Source: Escherichia coli
Lineage (GTDB): Bacteria > Pseudomonadota > Gammaproteobacteria > Enterobacterales > Enterobacteriaceae
Length of the DNA stretch: 64,000 nucleotides
Direction: 5' to 3' (one strand)
NCBI RefSeq assembly: GCF_024502345.1
Contig: NZ_JALDNN010000001.1
Shown here: positions 36,518 through 52,561 of the stretch, piece after piece
How the letters are laid out: every line of letters begins with the position of its first letter
Numbering within the stretch: the stretch's first letter is position 1
Position numbers and translations under genes: made by a program
The notes under the pieces: generated by a model
What the model was told of the DNA's origin: nothing
Database searches by the model: none
What the model saw: only the letters and a program-made list of their open reading frames with translations

Positions 36518-39145
36518 ATGAGCGACCTTGCGAGAGAAATTACACCGGTCAACATTGAGGAAGAGCTGAAGAGCTCCTATCTGGATTATGCGATGTCGGT
36601 CATTGTTGGCCGTGCGCTGCCAGATGTCCGAGATGGCCTGAAGCCGGTACACCGTCGCGTACTTTACGCCATGAACGTACTAGGCAATGACTGGAACAAA
36701 GCCTATAAAAAATCTGCCCGTGTCGTTGGTGACGTAATCGGTAAATACCATCCCCATGGTGACTCGGCGGTTTATGACACGATCGTCCGTATGGCGCAGC
36801 CATTCTCGCTGCGTTACATGCTGGTAGACGGTCAGGGTAACTTCGGTTCCATCGACGGCGACTCTGCGGCGGCAATGCGTTATACGGAAATCCGTCTGGC
36901 GAAAATTGCCCATGAACTGATGGCCGATCTCGAAAAAGAGACGGTCGATTTTGTTGATAACTATGACGGCACGGAAAAAATTCCCGACGTCATGCCAACC
37001 AAAATTCCTAACCTGCTGGTGAACGGTTCTTCCGGTATCGCCGTAGGTATGGCAACCAACATCCCGCCGCACAACCTGACGGAAGTCATCAACGGTTGTC
37101 TGGCGTATATCGATGATGAAGACATCAGCATTGAAGGGCTGATGGAACACATCCCGGGGCCGGACTTCCCGACGGCGGCAATCATTAACGGTCGTCGCGG
37201 TATTGAAGAAGCTTACCGTACCGGTCGCGGCAAGGTGTATATCCGCGCTCGCGCAGAAGTGGAAGTTGACGCCAAAACCGGTCGTGAAACCATTATCGTC
37301 CACGAAATTCCGTATCAGGTAAACAAAGCGCGCCTGATCGAGAAGATTGCGGAACTGGTAAAAGAAAAACGCGTGGAAGGCATCAGCGCGCTGCGTGACG
37401 AGTCTGACAAAGACGGTATGCGCATCGTGATTGAAGTGAAACGCGATGCGGTCGGTGAAGTTGTGCTCAACAACCTCTACTCCCAGACCCAGTTGCAGGT
37501 TTCTTTCGGTATCAACATGGTGGCATTGCACCATGGTCAGCCGAAGATCATGAACCTGAAAGACATCATCGCGGCGTTTGTTCGTCACCGCCGTGAAGTG
37601 GTGACCCGTCGTACTATTTTCGAACTGCGTAAAGCTCGCGATCGTGCTCATATCCTTGAAGCATTAGCCGTGGCGCTGGCGAACATCGACCCGATCATCG
37701 AACTGATCCGTCATGCGCCGACGCCTGCAGAAGCGAAAACTGCGCTGGTTGCTAATCCGTGGCAGCTGGGCAACGTTGCCGCGATGCTCGAACGTGCTGG
37801 CGACGATGCTGCGCGTCCGGAATGGCTGGAGCCAGAGTTCGGCGTGCGTGATGGTCTGTACTACCTGACCGAACAGCAAGCTCAGGCGATTCTGGATCTG
37901 CGTTTGCAGAAACTGACCGGCCTTGAGCACGAAAAACTGCTCGACGAATACAAAGAGCTGCTGGATCAGATCGCGGAACTGTTGCGTATTCTTGGTAGCG
38001 CCGATCGTCTGATGGAAGTGATCCGCGAAGAGCTGGAGCTGGTTCGTGAACAGTTCGGTGACAAACGTCGTACTGAAATCACCGCCAACAGCGCAGACAT
38101 CAACCTGGAAGATCTGATCACCCAGGAAGATGTGGTCGTGACGCTCTCTCACCAGGGCTATGTTAAATATCAGCCGCTTTCTGAATACGAAGCGCAGCGT
38201 CGTGGCGGGAAAGGTAAATCTGCCGCACGTATTAAAGAAGAAGACTTTATCGACCGACTGCTGGTGGCAAACACGCACGACCATATTCTGTGCTTCTCCA
38301 GCCGTGGTCGCGTCTATTCGATGAAAGTTTACCAGTTGCCGGAGGCCACTCGTGGCGCGCGCGGTCGTCCGATCGTCAACCTGCTGCCGCTGGAGCAGGA
38401 CGAACGTATCACCGCGATCCTGCCGGTGACCGAGTTTGAAGAAGGCGTGAAAGTCTTCATGGCGACCGCTAACGGTACTGTGAAGAAAACCGTCCTCACC
38501 GAATTCAACCGTCTGCGTACCGCCGGTAAAGTGGCGATCAAACTGGTTGAAGGCGATGAGCTGATCGGCGTTGATCTGACCAGTGGCGAAGATGAAGTAA
38601 TGCTGTTCTCCGCCGAAGGTAAAGTGGTGCGCTTTAAAGAGTCTTCTGTCCGTGCGATGGGCTGCAACACCACCGGTGTTCGCGGTATTCGTTTAGGCGA
38701 AGGCGATAAAGTCGTCTCTCTGATCGTGCCTCGTGGCGATGGCGCAATCCTCACCGCAACGCAGAACGGTTATGGTAAACGTACTGCAGTGGCGGAATAC
38801 CCGACTAAGTCGCGTGCGACGAAAGGGGTTATCTCCATCAAGGTTACCGAACGTAACGGTTTAGTGGTTGGCGCGGTGCAGGTAGATGACTGCGACCAGA
38901 TCATGATGATCACCGATGCCGGTACGCTGGTACGTACGCGCGTTTCAGAAATCAGCATCGTGGGCCGTAACACCCAGGGCGTGATCCTCATCCGTACTGC
39001 GGAAGATGAAAACGTAGTGGGTCTGCAACGTGTTGCTGAACCGGTTGACGAGGAAGATCTGGATACCATCGACGGCAGTGCCGCGGAAGGGGACGATGAA
39101 ATCGCTCCGGAAGTGGACGTTGACGACGAGCCAGAAGAAGAATAA
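36518..39145 (+). CDS. gyrA: DNA gyrase subunit A GyrA (875 aa)
   Basis: ORF 875 aa; catalytic Tyr region AAMRYTEIR; QRDR reads GDSAVYD (Ser83/Asp87, wild type); acidic C-terminal tail. Confidence 0.98.
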   Translation: MSDLAREITPVNIEEELKSSYLDYAMSVIVGRALPDVRDGLKPVHRRVLYAMNVLGNDWNKAYKKSARVVGDVIGKYHPHGDSAVYDTIVRMAQPFSLRYMLVDGQGNFGSIDGDSAAAMRYTEIRLAKIAHELMADLEKETVDFVDNYDGTEKIPDVMPTKIPNLLVNGSSGIAVGMATNIPPHNLTEVINGCLAYIDDEDISIEGLMEHIPGPDFPTAAIINGRRGIEEAYRTGRGKVYIRARAEVEVDAKTGRETIIVHEIPYQVNKARLIEKIAELVKEKRVEGISALRDESDKDGMRIVIEVKRDAVGEVVLNNLYSQTQLQVSFGINMVALHHGQPKIMNLKDIIAAFVRHRREVVTRRTIFELRKARDRAHILEALAVALANIDPIIELIRHAPTPAEAKTALVANPWQLGNVAAMLERAGDDAARPEWLEPEFGVRDGLYYLTEQQAQAILDLRLQKLTGLEHEKLLDEYKELLDQIAELLRILGSADRLMEVIREELELVREQFGDKRRTEITANSADINLEDLITQEDVVVTLSHQGYVKYQPLSEYEAQRRGGKGKSAARIKEEDFIDRLLVANTHDHILCFSSRGRVYSMKVYQLPEATRGARGRPIVNLLPLEQDERITAILPVTEFEEGVKVFMATANGTVKKTVLTEFNRLRTAGKVAIKLVEGDELIGVDLTSGEDEVMLFSAEGKVVRFKESSVRAMGCNTTGVRGIRLGEGDKVVSLIVPRGDGAILTATQNGYGKRTAVAEYPTKSRATKGVISIKVTERNGLVVGAVQVDDCDQIMMITDAGTLVRTRVSEISIVGRNTQGVILIRTAEDENVVGLQRVAEPVDEEDLDTIDGSAAEGDDEIAPEVDVDDEPEEE

Positions 39146-39293
39146 TTTTACTTCTTCATGCCAAAAGGGAGCTATCTCCCTTGTTTGAATTGAAAAGTCC
39201 AGGCTGCAAAGTCTGGGCTTTTGTCGTATTAGGGCGCGGTAAAGTTTGGCTGTGTCCGTAAAAAATGGCTGGCTATACACAAGGAATGTGGCA

Positions 39294-46140
<6,847 letters not shown>

Positions 46141-47790
46141 GTGAACTGGCGCAGAATCGTCTGGCTATTGGCGTTGGTTACTCTGCCAACGCTTGCGGAG
46201 GAGACGCCGTTACAACTGGCACTGCGCGGTGCGCAGCACGATCAACTGTATCAGCTGTCGTCATCAGGCGTGACCAAAGCCTCGACATTACCTGACTCGC
46301 TCACCACGCCGTTAGGGAGTTTGTGGAAACTGTATGTTTACGCCTGGCTGGAGGATACCCATCAACCGGAGCAGCCCTACCAGTGTCGCGGAAACTCCCC
46401 GGAAGAGGTTTATTGTTGTCAGGCTGGGGAGAGCATAACGAGCGATACCGCGCTGGTACGTTCCTGTGGGCTCTATTTTGCGCCGCAGCGGTTGCATATT
46501 GGCGCAGATGTGTGGGGGCAATACTGGCAACAGCGTCAGGCACCTGCGTGGTTAGCGTCTCTTACTACGCTGAAGCCAGAAACCTCGGTAACGGTTAAAT
46601 CGCTGCTTGATTCATTAGCGACGTTACCTGCGCAAAACAAAGCTCAGGAAGTCTTACTGGATGTGGTGCTGGACGAGGCGAAAATCGGTGTCGCATCCAT
46701 GCTCGGTAGTCGGGTACGGGTGAAAACCTGGAGCTGGTTTGCCGATGATAAACAGGAAATCCGTCAGGGTGGTTTTGCTGGCTGGTTAACCGATGGTACA
46801 CCGCTGTGGGTTACTGGCAGTGGCACCAGCAAAACGGTACTGACCCGTTATGCGACGGTGCTTAATCGGGTTTTGCCAGTGTCGACGCAAGTTGCCAGTG
46901 GGCAATGTGTAGAGGTGGAGCTGTTTGCCCGCTATCCGCTGAAGAAAATCACAGCGGAAAAGAGTACGACGGCAGTAAAACCCGGCGTACTTAATGGGCG
47001 CTATCATGTGACGTTTACTAATGGTAACCACATTACGTTTGTCAGCCACGGTGAGACGACCTTACTGAGCGAAAAGGGCAAACTGAAATTGCAGTCGCAT
47101 CTCGATCGTGAAGAGTACGTTGCCAGAGTTCTGGATCGCGAGGCGAAAAGTACGCCCCCTGAGGCAGCGAAAGCCATGACCGTGGCGATTCGCACTTTTT
47201 TACAGCAAAACGCCAATCGGGAAGGCGATTGCCTGACCATCCCCGACAGCAGCGCCACGCAGCGTGTTTCTGCTTCGCCAGCGACCACGGGGGCGCGAAC
47301 GATGACCGCCTGGACGCAGGATCTCATCTATGCAGGCGATCCGGTTCATTATCATGGCAGTCGCGCTACCGAAGGGACACTTTCCTGGCGGCATGCCATG
47401 GCCCAGGCGGGGCAGGGAGAGCGTTACGACCAGATACTCGTGTTTGCTTATCCCGACAACAGCCTTAGCCGCTGGGGAGCGCCACGCTCAACCTGTCAGT
47501 TATTACCCAAAGCGAAAGCCTGGCTGGCGAAAAAAATGCCGCAGTGGCGGCGTATATTACAAGGCGAGACGGGGTACAACGAACCAGACGTGTTTGCGGT
47601 CTGTCGTTTAGTCTCAGGTTTCCCCTATACCGATCGGCAGCAGAAACGGCTGTTTATTCGTAACTTCTTTACGCTTCAGGATCGGCTGGATTTAACCCAT
47701 GAGTATCTGCACCTGGCCTTTGATGGTTATCCCACCGGGCTTGATGAGAACTATATCGAAACGCTGACCCGACAATTATTAATGGACTAA
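46141..47790 (+). CDS. yfaQ: YfaQ, DUF2300-like secreted protein (549 aa, GTG start)
   Basis: Starts immediately after the yfaS stop; signal peptide MNWRRIVWLLALVTLPTLAEE. Confidence 0.85.
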   Translation: MNWRRIVWLLALVTLPTLAEETPLQLALRGAQHDQLYQLSSSGVTKASTLPDSLTTPLGSLWKLYVYAWLEDTHQPEQPYQCRGNSPEEVYCCQAGESITSDTALVRSCGLYFAPQRLHIGADVWGQYWQQRQAPAWLASLTTLKPETSVTVKSLLDSLATLPAQNKAQEVLLDVVLDEAKIGVASMLGSRVRVKTWSWFADDKQEIRQGGFAGWLTDGTPLWVTGSGTSKTVLTRYATVLNRVLPVSTQVASGQCVEVELFARYPLKKITAEKSTTAVKPGVLNGRYHVTFTNGNHITFVSHGETTLLSEKGKLKLQSHLDREEYVARVLDREAKSTPPEAAKAMTVAIRTFLQQNANREGDCLTIPDSSATQRVSASPATTGARTMTAWTQDLIYAGDPVHYHGSRATEGTLSWRHAMAQAGQGERYDQILVFAYPDNSLSRWGAPRSTCQLLPKAKAWLAKKMPQWRRILQGETGYNEPDVFAVCRLVSGFPYTDRQQKRLFIRNFFTLQDRLDLTHEYLHLAFDGYPTGLDENYIETLTRQLLMD

Positions 47791-47794
47791 TGCT

Positions 47795-48571
47795 ATGCGA
47801 AAGATTTTTCTTCCGTTGTTACTGGTGGCGCTTTCGCCTGTCGCTCACAGTGAAGGTGTGCAGGAAGTCGAGATTGACGCACCGCTCTCAGGCTGGCATC
47901 CGGCAGAGGGCGAAGATGCCAGTTTTTCACAATCGATCAATTACCCGGCGTCGTCCGTCAATATGGCAGATGATCAAAATATCTCAGCGCAGATCCACGG
48001 CAAAATAAAGAATTATGCTGCGGCGGGTAAAGTTCAGCAGGGCCGGCTGGTGGTCAACGGTGCCAGTATGCCGCAGAGAATTGAATCCGATGGTTCATTT
48101 GCACGCCCTTATATTTTCACTGAAGGCAGCAACAGCGTGCAGGTCATCAGCCCAGATGGGCAAAGCCGACAAAAAATGCAGTTTTACTCAACGCTGGGCG
48201 CTGGAGTGATTCGCGCACGTTTACGGCTGGTTCTCTCGTGGGATACGGACAATACCGACCTCGATCTTCACGTTGTCACGCCCGATGGCGAACACGCCTG
48301 GTACGGTAACACCGTGCTGAAAAACAGTGGTGCACTGGATATGGATGTCACGACGGGGTATGGACCCGAGATTTTCGCCATGCCAGCGCCAGTTCACGGG
48401 CGCTATCAGGTGTATATCAACTACTACGGCGGGCGCAGCGAAACGGAATTAACCACCGCCCAACTGACGCTGATCACCGATGAAGGATCGGTCAATGAGA
48501 AACAGGAAACATTTATTGTACCGATGCGTAATGCTGGCGAGCTGACGCTGGTGAAAAGTTTTGACTGGTGA
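47795..48571 (+). CDS. yfaP: YfaP, DUF2135-like secreted protein (258 aa)
   Basis: ATG 47795, 4 nt after the yfaQ stop; signal peptide MRKIFLPLLLVALSPVAHSEG. Confidence 0.85.
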   Translation: MRKIFLPLLLVALSPVAHSEGVQEVEIDAPLSGWHPAEGEDASFSQSINYPASSVNMADDQNISAQIHGKIKNYAAAGKVQQGRLVVNGASMPQRIESDGSFARPYIFTEGSNSVQVISPDGQSRQKMQFYSTLGAGVIRARLRLVLSWDTDNTDLDLHVVTPDGEHAWYGNTVLKNSGALDMDVTTGYGPEIFAMPAPVHGRYQVYINYYGGRSETELTTAQLTLITDEGSVNEKQETFIVPMRNAGELTLVKSFDW

Positions 48572-48845
48572 TCCATCCCTTCACACAACCTGGCTCTTTC
48601 TTTTTTCAGATAAGACTGCTGGGCGATCTGCCGACGCCAGGATATAACCATTAACAAGCGTCGGCAGATTGGTCATTTCTTATTTTTCGTACTGAGAACT
48701 GTCCATTTACTCCGGCTTTCCTGGTTAAGGCAATGGTTTCTAAGCGATACGCATTATTGCAATGGTGACAGAACATTGCGGTAACACGCTTTTACCGCTA
48801 CCTTAACCACACTCCATCGGTCACCTGAGGCGGAGCTTCGCCCCT

Positions 48846-51695
48846 TTGAAATACCTTGCTTCTTTTCGTACAACCCTGAAAGCCTCGCGCTACATGTTCA
48901 GAGCATTGGCGTTAGTGCTCTGGCTGTTGATTGCTTTTTCATCCGTTTTTTACATCGTTAATGCGTTACATCAGCGAGAATCGGAAATTCGTCAGGAATT
49001 TAATCTGAGTTCCGATCAGGCTCAGCGCTTTATTCAACGCACCTCTGATGTGATGAAAGAGCTGAAGTACATCGCCGAAAATCGCTTATCGGCAGAAAAC
49101 GGTGTGCTTTCCCCGCGTGGACGAGAAACGCAGGCGGATGTGCCTGCGTTTGAACCGCTGTTTGCCGACTCCGATTGTTCAGCAATGAGTAACACCTGGC
49201 GAGGTTCTCTGGAGTCATTGGCGTGGTTTATGCGCTACTGGCGCGATAATTTTTCTGCGGCTTACGATCTCAATCGGGTATTTTTAATCGGCAGCGATAA
49301 CCTCTGCATGGCCAATTTCGGTCTGCGTGATATGCCAGTGGAACGCGATACCGCGTTGAAAGCGTTGCATGAACGCATCAATAAATATCGAAATGCACCA
49401 CAAGATGATAGCGGCAGTAACCTCTACTGGATCAGCGAAGGTCCGCGCCCTGGCGTCGGGTATTTTTACGCGTTGACGCCAGTTTATCTGGCGAACCGGT
49501 TGCAGGCGCTTTTGGGTGTCGAGCAGACCATCCGGATGGAGAATTTTTTCTTACCTGGTACGTTGCCGATGGGGGTTACCATTCTTGATGAAAATGGTCA
49601 TACCCTGATTTCGCTTACCGGACCAGAAAGCAAAATTAAGGGCGATCCTCGCTGGATGCAGGAACGCTCCTGGTTTGGCTATACGGAAGGGTTCCGGGAG
49701 CTGGTGCTGAAGAAAAATCTGCCACCCTCATCGCTAAGCATCGTTTATTCGGTGCCGGTTGATAAGGTGCTGGAACGCATTCGCATGTTGATCCTTAACG
49801 CAATTTTGCTGAATGTGCTTGCCGGAGCTGCATTGTTTACTCTCGCGCGGATGTACGAGCGGCGTATTTTCATTCCGGCGGAAAGCGACGCCCTGCGACT
49901 GGAAGAACATGAGCAGTTCAATCGCAAGATTGTCGCCTCCGCGCCAGTGGGTATCTGCATTTTGCGTACCGCTGATGGCGTCAATATTTTAAGTAACGAA
50001 CTGGCGCATACCTATCTCAATATGCTTACGCATGAGGACCGCCAACGACTGACGCAAATTATCTGTGGGCAGCAGGTCAATTTTGTTGATGTCCTGACCA
50101 GCAACAATACCAATCTGCAAATCAGCTTCGTCCATTCGCGCTATCGTAATGAAAACGTGGCCATTTGTGTGCTGGTGGATGTTTCTTCGCGCGTGAAGAT
50201 GGAAGAGTCGTTGCAGGAGATGGCACAAGCAGCGGAACAGGCGAGCCAGTCAAAATCGATGTTCCTTGCCACCGTCAGTCATGAGCTGCGAACGCCGCTG
50301 TATGGCATTATCGGTAACCTGGATCTGTTGCAAACCAAAGAGTTACCGAAAGGCGTCGATCGTCTGGTGACGGCAATGAACAACTCTTCCAGCCTGTTGT
50401 TGAAAATTATCAGCGATATTCTCGATTTCTCGAAGATTGAATCAGAACAGTTGAAGATCGAACCGCGTGAGTTTTCACCGCGTGAAGTGATGAACCACAT
50501 CACCGCCAACTATTTACCGCTGGTGGTACGCAAGCAGTTAGGCTTGTACTGCTTTATTGAACCGGATGTGCCAGTGGCTTTAAATGGCGACCCGATGCGT
50601 TTACAGCAGGTCATCTCCAACCTGTTGAGTAACGCCATAAAATTCACCGATACCGGCTGTATAGTTTTGCATGTTCGCGCTGATGGCGATTATCTCTCTA
50701 TCCGTGTTCGCGATACCGGCGTGGGGATACCGGCGAAAGAAGTGGTGCGCTTGTTTGATCCCTTCTTCCAGGTCGGAACGGGCGTACAGCGAAACTTCCA
50801 GGGGACCGGTCTGGGTCTGGCGATTTGTGAAAAACTGATCAGCATGATGGACGGCGACATCTCGGTAGATTCAGAACCGGGAATGGGCAGCCAGTTTACC
50901 GTGCGTATTCCGTTGTACGGCGCTCAGTACCCGCAGAAAAAAGGCGTGGAAGGGTTGAGTGGTAAACGCTGCTGGCTGGCGGTCCGCAATGCGTCGCTCT
51001 GTCAGTTCCTGGAAACCAGTTTGCAGCGCAGCGGCATCGTCGTAACAACATACGAAGGGCAGGAACCGACTCCCGAAGATGTGTTAATTACTGACGAGGT
51101 AGTGAGTAAAAAATGGCAGGGTAGAGCGGTAGTGACCTTCTGTCGTCGCCATATTGGTATTCCGCTGGAGAAAGCGCCAGGGGAGTGGGTACACAGTGTG
51201 GCTGCTCCGCATGAGCTACCGGCATTGTTGGCGCGTATTTATTTGATCGAGATGGAGAGCGACGATCCTGCTAACGCTCTGCCGTCGACGGACAAAGCGG
51301 TCAGCGATAATGACGATATGATGATTCTGGTCGTGGATGATCATCCGATTAACCGACGTCTGCTGGCAGATCAGTTGGGATCGTTGGGCTATCAATGTAA
51401 AACCGCGAATGATGGCGTCGATGCGCTTAATGTACTTAGCAAGAATCATATTGATATCGTGCTTAGCGACGTCAACATGCCAAATATGGATGGTTACCGC
51501 TTGACGCAACGCATTCGTCAGTTGGGACTGACGTTGCCGGTAATCGGAGTAACTGCTAATGCGTTGGCTGAAGAGAAGCAGCGGTGTCTGGAGTCCGGTA
51601 TGGACAGCTGCCTGTCGAAGCCGGTAACGCTGGATGTGATAAAACAGACGCTGACGGTATATGCCGAGAGGGTCAGGAAATCGCGGGAATCGTAG
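48846..51695 (+). CDS. rcsC: hybrid sensor histidine kinase RcsC (949 aa, TTG start)
   Basis: HisKA H-box SHELRTPLYGI, HATPase domain and C-terminal receiver (LVVDDHPINRRL...DVNMPNMDG). Confidence 0.96.
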   Translation: MKYLASFRTTLKASRYMFRALALVLWLLIAFSSVFYIVNALHQRESEIRQEFNLSSDQAQRFIQRTSDVMKELKYIAENRLSAENGVLSPRGRETQADVPAFEPLFADSDCSAMSNTWRGSLESLAWFMRYWRDNFSAAYDLNRVFLIGSDNLCMANFGLRDMPVERDTALKALHERINKYRNAPQDDSGSNLYWISEGPRPGVGYFYALTPVYLANRLQALLGVEQTIRMENFFLPGTLPMGVTILDENGHTLISLTGPESKIKGDPRWMQERSWFGYTEGFRELVLKKNLPPSSLSIVYSVPVDKVLERIRMLILNAILLNVLAGAALFTLARMYERRIFIPAESDALRLEEHEQFNRKIVASAPVGICILRTADGVNILSNELAHTYLNMLTHEDRQRLTQIICGQQVNFVDVLTSNNTNLQISFVHSRYRNENVAICVLVDVSSRVKMEESLQEMAQAAEQASQSKSMFLATVSHELRTPLYGIIGNLDLLQTKELPKGVDRLVTAMNNSSSLLLKIISDILDFSKIESEQLKIEPREFSPREVMNHITANYLPLVVRKQLGLYCFIEPDVPVALNGDPMRLQQVISNLLSNAIKFTDTGCIVLHVRADGDYLSIRVRDTGVGIPAKEVVRLFDPFFQVGTGVQRNFQGTGLGLAICEKLISMMDGDISVDSEPGMGSQFTVRIPLYGAQYPQKKGVEGLSGKRCWLAVRNASLCQFLETSLQRSGIVVTTYEGQEPTPEDVLITDEVVSKKWQGRAVVTFCRRHIGIPLEKAPGEWVHSVAAPHELPALLARIYLIEMESDDPANALPSTDKAVSDNDDMMILVVDDHPINRRLLADQLGSLGYQCKTANDGVDALNVLSKNHIDIVLSDVNMPNMDGYRLTQRIRQLGLTLPVIGVTANALAEEKQRCLESGMDSCLSKPVTLDVIKQTLTVYAERVRKSRES

Positions 51696-51893
51696 GACGG
51701 ATAAGGTGTTTATGCCGCATCCGGCATTCAGTGCAAATGCCAGATGCGACGCTGACGCGTCTTATCTGGCCTACTTTAATGTAATCTGTTGAAATAATGG
51801 GAATCGTAGGACGGATAAGGCGTTTACGCCGCATCCGGCAATCGGTGCAAATGCCAGATAAGACACTAACGCGTCTTATCTGGCCTACAGATG
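51685..51893. repeat. REP/BIME array between convergent rcsC and rcsB, organised as a 114-bp tandem duplication that includes the last 11 bp of rcsC
   Basis: GGGAATCGTAGGACGGATAAGG...GCCGCATCCGGCA...GCGTCTTATCTGGCCTAC occurs twice, starting at 51685 and 51799. Confidence 0.8.
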
Positions 51894-51894
51894 A

Positions 51895-52545
51895 TTAGTC
51901 TTTATCTGCCGGACTTAAGGTCACAGAAGAGAGATAATTCAGCAGGGCGATATCGTTCTCGACACCCAGCTTCATCATCGCAGATTTCTTCTGGCTACTG
52001 ATGGTTTTAATACTGCGGTTCAGCTTTTTAGCGATCTCGGTCACCAGGAAGCCTTCCGCAAACAGGCGCAGAACTTCACTCTCTTTTGGCGAGAGACGCT
52101 TGTCACCGTAACCACCAGCACTGATTTTTTCCAACAGGCGAGAAACGCTTTCCGGGGTAAATTTCTTCCCTTTCTGCAGCGCGGCGAGAGCTTTCGGCAG
52201 ATCGGTCGGTGCACCTTGTTTCAGCACGATCCCTTCGATATCCAGATCCAATACCGCACTAAGAATCGCCGGGTTGTTGTTCATGGTCAGAACAATAATC
52301 GACAGGCTTGGGAAATGGCGCTTGATGTACTTAATTAAGGTAATGCCATCGCCGTACTTATCGCCAGGCATGGAGAGATCGGTAATCAACACATGCGCAT
52401 CCAGTTTCGGCAGGTTGTTGATCAGTGCTGTAGAGTCTTCAAATTCGCCGACAACATTCACCCACTCAATTTGCTCAAGTGATTTGCGAATACCGAACAA
52501 GACTATCGGATGGTCATCGGCAATAATTACGTTCATATTGTTCAT
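51895..52545 (-). CDS. rcsB: response regulator RcsB, LuxR/FixJ family (216 aa)
   Basis: Start MNNMNVIIADDHPIVLFG at 52545; receiver domain plus C-terminal LuxR HTH; the six-frame ORF extends 15 codons upstream. Confidence 0.96.
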   Translation of the reverse strand: MNNMNVIIADDHPIVLFGIRKSLEQIEWVNVVGEFEDSTALINNLPKLDAHVLITDLSMPGDKYGDGITLIKYIKRHFPSLSIIVLTMNNNPAILSAVLDLDIEGIVLKQGAPTDLPKALAALQKGKKFTPESVSRLLEKISAGGYGDKRLSPKESEVLRLFAEGFLVTEIAKKLNRSIKTISSQKKSAMMKLGVENDIALLNYLSSVTLSPADKD

Positions 52546-52561
52546 GTAATAGGCTACCTTG

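Noticed and set aside
36680-37651. 323-aa ORF on the - strand (also 37664..38284 and 38329..39069)
   Set aside because: Antisense to gyrA coding sequence; no independent support.
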